A DNA stretch of 63,299 bases, counting the filler, from Hyphochytrium catenoides (Eukaryota; Protista; Hyphochytriomycota), in assembly GCA_900088475.1 (NCBI GenBank). It is 3 parts of 3 records of this genome, joined end to end, with 100 filler letters (N's around TTAATTAATTAA, not from the genome) between each part and the next. Parts side by side here need not be neighbours in the genome. Positions count along the whole stretch, not along the records: positions 29,062 to 48,099 come from FLMG01001662.1; positions 48,200 to 63,299 come from FLMG01001144.1; 1 more part is not named here. One strand, 5' to 3'. Positions 45,216 through 56,298 of this stretch are shown here, one piece after another. The notes under the pieces are model-generated. The model saw only the letters and a program-made list of their open reading frames with translations, searched no databases and was not told where the DNA came from. The number at the start of each line of letters is the position of its first letter. Position 1 is the first letter of the stretch. The translations under genes were made by a program, and so were the position numbers.

Positions 45216-46688
45216 AGAAATGACGGCGAGGGGAAACAAATGGGAGAAAAGGTTCAAGAGCGACAAATGAAGAGTCAGACAGATTCAGAGAGAGAGAGAA
45301 CGAGAGAGAGAGGGAGAGAGAGAGGAGAGGAAAGGAAAGGAGGCAGACAGACAGAGAGAGAGAGAGAGATTTGCAGGATGCCCAAAAGGACCATTTAAGG
45401 GCTTGAAAAGTGACAGAATAGTACTGGGAACGACGCTGGAAAGAAGGAAAAAAGAGGGAGAGAGAGAACGAAGATTGAGAATATAAATATAGGCAGAGGG
45501 CGCTGGCAACCGGGGAGAGAGAAGAGGAGAGAAGATGAAATGATTGGTAGGAAAGAGGTGCTGTCAAAGAGGAAATATAGAGAAAGAGGACGCTTCCTTC
45601 CATCCTCGTGGCTTCTTACCCTTCAAGACTACCTCTGTGAAGTTGAAAGAAAGCTTCTCTCTTGAGGTTGTCTTCAGGACAATCGTCCCGTTGGGCCGAA
45701 CCAGCTTCACTGCCGCATTAAGAGCTTCTGGACTCCCAGAGCACTCTACCACGACATCGTACTGAGGCAAGGCAGACGAATCTTCGAGTAGGAAAGAGAG
45801 AGACGGATGTTGATGGATGTTGGGCTTCTCCCATAGCTTTGCCGAGGGCACACGCACTCTTCTGCCGGCTACCTCTACTCTGCACCTCTTGCTCGCCAAT
45901 GCCTGAGCGACGAGCAGCCCTAGCCGTCCGTTACCGATGATCAGTGCCGTCGTGTCAGAGGAGAGCGGTAGCTGCTCTAAGATCCGGCACGCGGCCGCCA
46001 GAGGCTCTGTAAAGACAGCTTCTCTGTCTGTCACGCCTGTTGGCACTCTGTATAGGTTATCTATTGGGACGCGTACGTACTCTGCAATGGCTCCATCCCG
46101 ACCACGGATGCCGATGACTTCTCTCCCAGGAAAGTGATTCTTCTCTATCTTTTCTGCTCCTTTTGCCTGGTTCTGATGATAGTCCTGAGGGTAGCAGTTG
46201 ATCTCTCCAACGACCCTATCCCCGGGCCGAATGCGCCTCCTCGTGCCGCTCTTCTCTTCGCTGATAAGCTGGCCACAGGGATCCGCCATCGGGCAAACAG
46301 AGGAGGCTTCGTCATCACTGCTGCTTTCTGTATGTTCTGCACTGTTGGGAGACTCCGGAGACTCTTCTTCTTCTCCGTCTATTCTGATCTCTGTCTGCTT
46401 CACGTGCGTTGACCGGCATCCGACGGCCTGCTCTATTGGTGCCTCTCCTCGCATCCGGGGAGCTAAGGCGACAACTGTGCCTACGAACTCATGGCCTAAC
46501 ACCATGTCATAGTCTAGTCCTTTGTAGCCTCGACTAACCTCTATATCTGTCCTGCATATGCCTGCGTAGTGGACCTTGATCAGCGCCTCTCCGCTCCCTG
46601 GTTGAAGCTGCGGGATAGGATGGTCCTGCACGAGGTGCACGCCACCAGAGTTCGGTTTGAAAACTAACGCTTTCATCGTACCGTCCAT
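44914..46688 (-). CDS. Zinc-dependent medium-chain dehydrogenase/reductase (prokaryote-type MDR), 2 exons
   Basis: AGICRTD, VLGHEFVG, RVVGEIN, RDGAIAEY, AVFTEPLAAA, IIGNGRLG, DVVVECSGS, VRPNGTIVLKT, K|EIKLLGSRCGPF..ALELL, LKVLV. One GT-AG intron 45619-45111. Confidence 0.92.
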
Positions 46689-47107
46689 GGTAGCTGTACT
46701 GAATTTTATGACCTGAAAGTCCAGGCCTTGCTCTTATATCTCCAGATGATCTCCGTAGTCGTCTGATCTTCCAGTCTCTGCTGCTGGGCTGGCCCACAGG
46801 CGCGATGATCTTCATCATCCAAAAGCTTCAAAAGTCCTGTCATTTCTATTGTGAAGGCAGCGGATCGGCGATGTTGAGGTCGGACGAACAGGCGAACTTC
46901 GATGTGACATACACCTTCCAAACTTCGTCGTATTACTTTACGGCTCACCTTATATCATAGTAAAACGATATAAAGGAGTTTGTTGTCAGGTCAATGTTAT
47001 AAAGGTCAACTGTTTTTAAGGAGGTTGCTTGGGCGTTATCGACCTTATAAAGTCGTAATGGGAGAAGGTATTTTGTGGTAGATGTGCAGCTCTTTGGAAG
47101 GTGGCCA

Positions 47108-47134
47108 AAAGAGAGAGGGAGACAGAGCCGGGGA

Positions 47135-47189
<55 letters not shown>

Positions 47190-47434
47190 AAGATAGAAAG
47201 AGAGAGCAAGAGCGAGAAAGAGAGAGAAAGAGAGAGAAAGAGAGAGAGTAAGAGGGAGAGAGAGAATGAGAAAGAGAGAAAGACGGAGAGAGAGAAAGAA
47301 AGAGAAAGAAGGGAGAGTGAGAGAGAGGGAGAGGGAGAGCGAGAGAGAAAGAGGAGAGAGAAAGAGAGAAAGAGGGAGAGGGAGAGAGAGGGAGAGAGAG
47401 GGAGAGAGAGGGAGAGGGAGAGAGAGAGAGAGAG
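47108..47434 (+). repeat. ~330-bp near-pure purine (GA)n tract; representative of pervasive CT/GA microsatellites
   Basis: Directly visible; similar tracts fill introns and intergenic DNA, especially 29-47 kb and 52.8-57.2 kb. Confidence 0.95.
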
Positions 47435-48099
47435 TTTACGGGGACGATGCTTTTTGTAAATTCGGTGACAAGTGCTGTGAAATCTGTTACCTATGGTCCT
47501 TCAAACCGTCTTTTAATCGTTTTAGGGTAAGGCACCTCTCTGGCTTCTAGATTAAAGTAAGCTATAGAAAAAGTGAGACTACGAGGGGATATCTCGGAGA
47601 AATGAGAAACCCCTTTGGATGGCCTGAACGCTGCTTCGAAGCGATAATCCATACATCGCAGGCATCAAAAGAGCATAAACGCTGCTTCGAAGCAATAATT
47701 CATTCATCTTGCGCAGCTCAAATAATTTGAATTTCGAAAGGTTTTTTGCGCCTCAAATCTCTTCTCCACGGTTCTGGAGATCCGATAATCTTCATTCGTT
47801 GTTGCTCATCCGCTTACTCTTCTCCGTCTTCGTGGAAGACAATGAATGAGCAGAGCTACGGCCGTATTCTTGAGTAGATTATGGCGTTAGAATCAATGAT
47901 GATGACAACAAATGCCAAAGGCAAGAAGCGTATAACCCCGATCCTCATTAGTTCTTCAGGGAATGTGGATAGCCTTCTTCTCGACGAACATCGTCAAGAA
48001 GAGGACCAAGCAACAACCACCACGTCGTCATTGGATGGTAGCGATAAGTCAAGCTGTGTTTTCGGCAATGGCGTCTTAAGGACGTATGGCGGTCACTGT

Positions 48100-48199
48100 N
48101 NNNNNNNNNNNNNNNNNNNNNNNNNNNNNNNNNNNNNNNNNNNTTAATTAATTAANNNNNNNNNNNNNNNNNNNNNNNNNNNNNNNNNNNNNNNNNNNN
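48100..48199. other. Artificial contig spacer (44 N + TTAATTAATTAA + 44 N)
   Basis: 12-mer at 48144-48155 centred in exactly 100 nt. Confidence 0.97.
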
Positions 48200-50205
48200 A
48201 AGTGCTGGACCACATGCACAGTAACAAGTTCCTTCACAGGTAATAGGACACCTCGCTTTTGCTCGGATTGTATGGGATATCTCAAGTCTATGTCGCCTAT
48301 CGCTTCCTCTCGTTATGGATGAGGGGTCAAAGATGCGTGGTTGACCACTCTTAGCACCGTTTCTAGATCGACATCGTCCTCTTTCCTCCATTTCATTAGG
48401 GAGGCGTTGTGCCGCTCTGAATGGACATGGGAAGTCCCTTCTCTCTCCAGTCCTTTCATTGCACCTGCTTTACCCCGTTCATCCCCTAGAAGTTGACATT
48501 TTACGTGATCGGGCCTTCATTTACCTGTAGGGATATTAAGTGCTCGAACCTTCTCCTGACGCCGTATCATGAGCTCCGACTCGCGGACTTCGGTCTGACA
48601 CGCTCCTACGCAGACGGGAGAGACAGGGAAAAGGAGCTGTCAAACAAGGTCATCACACTGTGGTATAGGCCGCCAGAACTATTGCTGGGAGAGACCAAGT
48701 ACGGCCCAGCCGTAGACCTCTGGTCCGCTGGGTAAGTTAAGACCATTTAAGGACACTGCGTGACTGAGTTATGGCTGGCGGAGGAGAGAGAAGCATAGAA
48801 GAGAGGATTCTTGACAGTAATGAGAGAGCGGATGATATATCTCTTGCCGTTCCTGGCCTCTTGTCGCAGCTTTCGGTCTGCTGGAGGGAGTGGAAGGCTT
48901 CAGCTCTCAGTGTCTCCCTTTCCACGTTCTAAAATTCTATCGCTGTTGGGTGGGCGGTAGGACAACCCCCGGTTTCCTGTCTCGGCTGAACTCATCTTCC
49001 TCGTTCCCTCTTCCCATCTTCCCGCCGGTTAGCTGCATTCTTGCAGAGTTGATTGTGGGCCGGCCTCTCTTCCCTTACAAGACGGAGCCCGAGCAACTCA
49101 ATGGGATCTTTAGAGTGATGGGCACTCCGAATCAACAGAATTGGCCAGGCTATAGATATCCTTTCATCCCTTCTCCTCCTGCCTTGTGTCTCGGAGCTTT
49201 CTTAGCATCTGCTCCGAGTCAGCGCTCTACTCCTGCTCTTTATGGCCGTGAGGCCCTAATTTTCTTCTGTCTCTCTGAACCATTGGTTCTTTAGCCCCTC
49301 GCTTGTTTACTCTGGGTGTCTTCCTTAACTCTGTGCATACATCGCTCCCGCTCTATCAGAGTCTAGGCCCAAGGCAAGATATAGAGAACAGGTTTAGGGA
49401 GTACTACTATAGGTGAGACGCAAGGAAAAGGAGAGAAGACAGTGAGCAATAGCAGGTTCTTTCCTAACTTCTCTGCAACCTTCTACCCAGGAAAATACCC
49501 GCTGACGCTTTGGACTTGCTGGAAAGACTGCTTACGTTGGATCCTTCGCGTCGCCTCTCAGCCAGGGTAAGGGACGCAGACATTTATGCCTTGGCAGGAC
49601 GGGGAAGGAAGGGCTGAGAAAATAGCTGTAGAGAGAGGACACGCACATTTACACATAAAGAGTGAGAGAAAGAATAGAGAGCATAGACAGAGAGCGAGCG
49701 AGCGAGGAAAAAGGTAGCAAGTATTGCGCTGATGAATCAGGGATCATGATCCTTCTTTATATTCAATAGGGAGCACTGGCCAGCAAATACTTCAGCTCGG
49801 AGCCGTTGCCAGTTAATCCTAGAAGGTAGGGAATTGCACGCAGGCGGAAGGGAAAAGAGAGGATTGGGATGAATATCCGTGTCTCTTCCTTCCCATAATT
49901 TTTTCTAAGAGCATCTCCTCAACCCCTCAGCCGTCACTGTTGCTCCTTTATCCCTCTTTAAGTCTTCTGTGAAGCTCTCTCCCTGTTAGTTCGTTTATTG
50001 CTCTTGCAGTTGCTGTCTGTGGCCTGTATGTCACTACAGCCAAGTAACTAGACTTTTTGATGCTTCTGTCCGCAGGCTCCCACCGATAGATCTCGAGAGC
50101 TGTCATGAGCTCAAGACAAAAAGGCTGAAGAAGGAACAATTGGCTAGTCAAGAAGCCATGGGAGGAGGGGCATTTCAAGCCTCATCTGCCAGAGAATATG
50201 GATAG
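48200..50205 (+). CDS. Transcriptional cyclin-dependent kinase (CDK12/13, CDKC, Ctk1-like), 5' half missing
   Basis: [12 protein letters not shown]|[41 protein letters not shown]|[33 protein letters not shown], and C-terminal extension [13 protein letters not shown] (CHE motif plus basic cluster of CTD kinases). Confidence 0.92.
49156..49340 (+). other. U12-type (minor spliceosome) AT-AC intron, 185 nt, phase 2
   Basis: 5' end ATATCCTTT, branch site TTCCTTAAC at 49321-49329, 3' end CATAC. Removal gives in-frame WPGYR|[14 protein letters not shown]. Confidence 0.93.
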
Positions 50206-50912
50206 CGCCAGCTGAAGCTTTTGAAATAGCAAAAGAACAGCTCTTCTCGCGCTTCAGCGGTCCAAATGATAGATGCAAGGGAATGCAGGACGTGCCCTCT
50301 CTGTACCCAGTCATGGGCAGTGAGGAAGAATAGTTGTACATACTGTCTAGCTGCGGCTTCAGCTGTCTTCTCCTCCAGAGAATTGCCTGCAACTCTCTCT
50401 TTGTGGGCTTGCTCTATCCTTTCTCCTCTCCCTTCTGTCTAGTAATGCGCCCATGTGTTAATATAATACCTAATATAATACCTCGCACATTCACCTCAGT
50501 ATTGAGCATGAAAGGAGTTCAGTCCGCGACCTCTCTCTGGCATAGATGGAGGAGGAACTGGCGGTGGGAGCTGAGAGAGAGAAGGATGAAGCCTTGGCCG
50601 TCCCAACTTGGAACCAATGACGCTCTTGCTATGAAACATCGAGTTCATGACACTCAAGCTGCACGACGGGAAGAAAAAAAGAGAAAGCAGAGACACATAT
50701 GAGAGGGAGAGTTAGGCGAGTGGCGGGCACGAAAGGCACTGCTTAATCTTTCTTCCCTTAATGTACAGATTTTCTCTCTCACACCGCTCACTCCCCCAAC
50801 TCTGGTCTCTCTGAGCGTCAGGCCAATCCTCCATGTGTGTCCGTCTCTTACCTGGACATGTCCAGGCGGCCCCCTGCCATCTCTGCAAAAGCTTCTTCAA
50901 AAGCTGACATGG

Positions 50913-53900
50913 TCAACGAGGTATCTGGCAATGGAGAGACAGTGGGAGCCAAGAAGCAGAAGTTAAGCGTAGCAGGAGAAAGCAGATCAGCCACAGACAT
51001 GAGTTGTACCACAAGGGCCGGTGAAGCTCCTTACCTCCAAACGGATTCTGGTCTTCTGCTAGCAATGAGTCTGCCAGGNNNNNNNNNNNNNNNNNNNNNN
51101 NNNNNNNNNNNNNNNNGAGCAAAAGTGCAAAGGCACACACAAAATCAACAGTAGCAGAACTAGACTTTCTCAATCAAAGCAGCTATATCGGAGACAAGCA
51201 CTGCTAGACCAGCGCAGCATATGAGAGCCGAGAAGGTTTTACCTTTGATAGCATTGAGCTTAGGGGATGCCGTCCGAGAAGAGGAAGAGAAGGGAGCTCC
51301 GGGGTGGCGGCGAATCGTCCCAGCTCTATTCGCTCTAAACATTCTTTCTCTTTCTCCTCCTCCTCCTCTTCCATCTGGCTCTACGGTCCTAGGAGGGAGG
51401 AAGGCCAAGTGCTGGAGATCAACACCTGTAAGCCACCAGGAGCATGACATGAGGAACGGATATCTTTCCCGCAATGCTAGCATTAGATGACATGAGAGAC
51501 CGAGAAAGAGCCAAACCAAAGTCTGTGAGGCAAGGGGCACATTCAGCGCGAAAAGATAGAGGGACACGTAGACAACCGCAGACACAATACCTTCCCCGTG
51601 AGCGTCCGATGGCTGGCGAGGAGGAAGCCTTAAAGAAGAAGGGGATGTAGGGCCCAGCCTCTCACTGCCTTCTGATCCTTGTGGGAAAAGGTCGTCTTCC
51701 TCGCTAAGGCACGAAAAGAAACGTAGGGGCGATAAAATAGTATGACGGAGCAGTCGACAAGGTACAGCTGATCAGTCAGGAAGGCCAGTAAAAGAAAGGA
51801 AGAAAATCAACGTTAACAGATGTCGTCCAGGAAGGATATTCTCAGGAAGAAACGGCATGTAGGGGAAGCCCAATTTGGTTATGCAATGGAGAAGCACAGG
51901 TCCATAAATGCCCGAATGTGCGGATGAGGAGGTGGGAGATGGAGAATGACAGGCCTCGAAGTGAAAGAAATCACCTTTCTGAACTAATTGATAGCTGCAA
52001 TCCCGCAGCAGGACTTTGCACGGCTGACTCCTCAGTGACACTTCTCGCAAGGAATGGATGAGGAAAAGAGGCATCTTTGTCTCCTGTCTCTGGTCTTTCT
52101 TCTCGTACAGATGTCTCCTGGTCACCGCTCTGCGCAGGAATAGATGCGTGGGGTGACCTATAGAGGAGCGCAGACGAGCTTGGAGCCCTGGGGCAAATAA
52201 GACCAAAGCAAAACGACGGAACGTTATTGACAGTGAAGAGAGAAGTGTTGACTGGAGGCGGGTCGTACATCGTAGCTGGGATCCCGCCAGTGTCACTTTT
52301 CGGTTCTTCTGTTTCCTTCACGCTTTGAGCGCCACTATGGTGGGCTCCATAGACTGTCAGTAAAGGGCGGTGTCGATCCTGACGGAGAGAAGTTAAGATT
52401 TCGGGAGTTCCAATCTCTAGCAATTCTGCAGGTTAAGTCGAGATGTGCTTCAGATGCACTAGCTATTCGCTTCAGACGGCGCTCTATCGTCTCTTAACTT
52501 CCATGTCTCTCCCTTAAAAGTCTGTCTCAACCGTTGACCAATCTAGACGAACTGACCTCTTTGTCAATTCTCTATCCTCTGAGGCGAACTTGCCCCTGAT
52601 CTAGTATAGAGTAACCCACCTTTGATTTCTCAGCCAGCCAAAGCTGCTGACACTCGGTTGATGACAGCTGGTTCAAGAGCAGAAGTGTCAGACAGCGTCA
52701 GAAGCGAGGGAAAGGACAAAATGACCAAGTCATATCAACCAACCGACTTAGTTTGCTTCCCTCATTTGTACTTCCGTCTACTTGATCGCCAAACCTCTCT
52801 GTCGTCCTTTCTTTCTTTTTTTCTCTCTCACTCTCTCTCTCTCTCTCTTTCTCTCTCTGTGTGTGTGTCTCGTCTGTCGGTCTCTCGGGCTTAGGGTTTC
52901 ATTCGTCCCATTAGACCCTCTTCCTCCCGTAGCACACTTTCTCGTTCCTTCTCTTAACACTCTTACTGTTTGCCTCGATGGCGCTTATTTGTACCTTAAG
53001 AATGTCAGCGATCTTCTCCCAGTCAAAGTTGTGCCGCCGAGCCAGTTCGCTTACACTCTCTCCTCCCCTCCCGAGGCCGCTCCCGTCACGAGAGACTGAG
53101 CGGTCCGAGGCATAGATCATGCAGAAAGGCAGAGAGCGGAAGAGGGGCGTTGGAATGGAGAAGAAAAGGTATAGAGGGAGAGAAAAGATAGACACGCCCA
53201 CAAAGGAAGGCTGCACACCCAATACTGAGGGGATAGAGAGAGTGTAAGAAAGAGAGCGAGAGAGTGTAAGAAAGAGAGAGAGAGAGAGAGAGAGNNNNNN
53301 NNNNNNNNNNNNNNNNNNNNNNNNNNNNNNNNNNNNNNNNNNNNNNNNNNNNNNNNNNNNNNNNNNNNNNNNNNNNNNNNNNNNNNNNNNNNNNGAGAGA
53401 GAGAGAGAGAGAGAGAGATTCATGCCTACCTTCTCCTTCTCTACTTCCCGACTGGGCCAAAGAAAGATGGTTGAGGCCGAGGACGTCACAGGCGGGAGAG
53501 AGGTCACGAGAGGCGAAAGGAGGTGACCGAGGAAGTGGAGAAGAGACAGAAGAACCTACAGGAGAGATGCAATGGGATCCTAGAGAGTTCCGTTGGCCCT
53601 CTTCCTCTTCCACATGTGACTCCACTGCTCTTTTCTCTCTCTCTTTCTCTTCCTGCTCCTTTCTTCCTGCACCGTCATCTGCTGCTTGAGTGGTCACACT
53701 CTCTCTCGCTTGCTCTTCTCTCTCTAGACTCTGCCCAGCGTCCTCTTCTCCACTTTCCGGGAGAGAGTCAAAGAGAACAGCGTAGCGCTTAACACATTCC
53801 AACGGTGTCCGACCAAGAGATTGCGATACCTCTCCCCCTGGAGAGAGAGAGGAAGAAAGAGAGATGGCATTTTTCAAAAAGATTAGAAGCTTTGAGAAAG

Positions 53901-54251
53901 AGGACCTCTCTTTTATAAGAAGCATGTTTATAGCGAGATGGATCATGGGATTGAAAACAGTGAGAGGCAGGGACAAAAAAGAGACAGACAGGGGCAAGAG
54001 AGAGAGAGAGAGAGAGGAAGAAAGACAGGCATATGAGAGAGGCAGGAGAGAGATGACAGAGACAAAGTGTGATGCAGGAAGAGAGCGGCAGAGCGAGACC
54101 CAAAGAGTGCGAGAAGGAGAAGATGATGGAGAGGAGGTAGTTATGAAAGCGGAAGGAGAGAGGAAGCACTAACAGCAGCAGGAAGGACATACGTTGAATA
54201 AAGAAAGCAGAACGGAAGAGAAAGAGACCGCAAGCAGACACACACGCACAC

Positions 54252-54290
<39 letters not shown>

Positions 54291-54740
54291 AGAGAGAGAG
54301 AAGAGACTGCTTACAATCCACCCCGCTGGGGAACCTAGACCTCCTAATCTTGCTTTGTAGGTAATTATCGATCAGTTGAACGAGAGAGAGATCATCTGCT
54401 GCCTGCCATGCACGTGTCTCACCAGCCTCCTTTATCTGAGGGGAGGAAGAAGCACAAAAAGAGAGAGCGAGAGAGCGAGAGAGAGGGAGGGAGAGTTAGA
54501 CAAGGGCAGCAGAAAGGTACAGAAGAGAAAGACATTGAGGTAGGAAAAGAGAGAAACCAAAAGAGGCTTACGAGAGTAGGACTTTAGGCAACAAAGAGAC
54601 CGGGAGTAGAGCACGAGAGAGAGAGAGATAAGGGAAGAGAGAGTGAGGCAAGGGGACGGAGAGAGTTAGAGAAGGGGAGGAAGAGAGTGAGAGAAGGGGA
54701 GAAGGGGAGAACAAGAGAGAGAGAGACAGAAGGAGAGAGA

Positions 54741-54772
<32 letters not shown>

Positions 54773-54965
54773 AAAAGGGAGAAGTACCTGCGACCACCGC
54801 ATCGTACCCTTGGCGCCTCCAGGGACTTCGATTCCTCCCTGCAGAGGAGAGAGTTGTGCACTTTCCTGCCCCTGCTGCGTTGCTTCTCACTCTCCCGCTT
54901 CACTCTCAACAATCTTTGAACCAGTCGCCCTTCCAGGAAATTGCTGTCGCTTCCTCTTCTCTCTT

Positions 54966-54999
<34 letters not shown>

Positions 55000-55122
55000 T
55001 TTTCCAACCTCAGTCTTCTCTTGGTGTTCTGTCTGTTTGTCTTTCTCCCTTCTCTCTCCTCTCTTGGATTCTTGTCCTTCTTCCAGCTGATGCCGCAGTG
55101 TTCCGCACCAGCAATCCTTCAC
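50913..55122 (-). CDS. Probable Myb/SANT-repeat protein with long low-complexity C-terminus (exon structure uncertain)
   Basis: Exon-like pieces RAWQAADDLSLVQLIDNY (~54420-54360), EVSQSLGRTPLECVKRY (~53835-53780), LARRHNFDWEKIADILK (~53047-52996) resemble Myb helices; downstream GT-AG-joinable exons at ~52430-51240. Start and end unresolved. Confidence 0.5.
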
Positions 55123-55334
55123 GCAGATGCTCCCATCATCGTCTCTAATTTCTCTTTGCTCTCTCCTTAGTCGTGCTCTCCTCGATCCTGCGCCTTTCTC
55201 TCTCTCTCTTGCTCATCACTCGCTTTCTCTCTCCTCTCTCTTCTCTTCTTTCTTCCCTCTTTTCTCTTCACTTCTTGTTCTCTCTCTGTCTCTCTCTCTC
55301 TCTCTTCGCTTCTTGCGCTCTCTCTGTCTCTCTC

Positions 55335-55381
<47 letters not shown>

Positions 55382-55856
55382 NNCCTATTCTGCCTGTTCC
55401 CTTTCATCTCTCTCTTTCTCTGTCTCTCCGTTATCTCTATCTCTAGGGCTCAGCGTCTCTCTTGCTTGTCCTCCTCTTGAAGTGAAAAGAGAAAGCCCAC
55501 ACCTCCTCCAGGAGTGGCGGCTCCAGAAGCCACGATAGCAGAGATCAAGAGAAAAGAGTGAAAAAATGAGAGAGAGAGAGAGAGAGAGAAAGAGAGATAG
55601 AAAGAAGAGAGATAGAAAGAGAGGGAGAGAGAGAGCGAGAGAGAGAGAGAGAGAGAAGAGAGAGTCATTGCAGAGCGGCGACAGAAGGTCAAGCACCGAC
55701 GAGAAAGAGAGATAACAAAGAACAGCAGCCGTGCAGGAGAACGACGGCTCTCTTCGGCATTGTCTAGAAAGAAGAAGTAGAACAGAAGCTCCAGACGAAG
55801 GCGCGAGAGAGCAAGGTCATCGGCATCTGCAACCTCTCCTCAGACCGCAGGCAGTC

Positions 55857-55972
55857 ATGGGACTCTTAACTATCTTGAAGAAAGTGAAGCAAAAGGAGAA
55901 GGAGATGCGCGTCCTCATCCTGTACGAGAGTCCGACCCGCTCTTCTCTTCGTACTGACAACATCTCTTGATG

Positions 55973-56003
<31 letters not shown>

Positions 56004-56260
56004 TCTCTCTCTCTCCTTTTCTCATTTCTTTTCGCACCCTCGCTCTGTCTTATTTGCCTCTCTCTCTCTTACTCACTCCCTCTTCCTCGCTGCATTTTGA
56101 ATGCTTCTCTGATTGTCAATCGCTGGGCGGGCTACGCAGAGGCCTGGACAATGCGGGAAAGACGACAATTCTGAAGAAGTTTAACGGAGAGGATATCAAC
56201 ACCATCAGCCCGACACTGGGCTTCAATATCAAGACCCTAGAGTTCAAAGGGTATATTAGA

Positions 56261-56298
<38 letters not shown>

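Noticed and set aside
47627-47708. CRISPR-like repeat-spacer
   Set aside because: Only two copies, 20-nt spacer, eukaryotic context, no cas genes.
47881-48099. ORF as the N-terminus of the downstream CDK
   Set aside because: Separated by an artificial spacer and has no kinase motifs; linkage cannot be supported.
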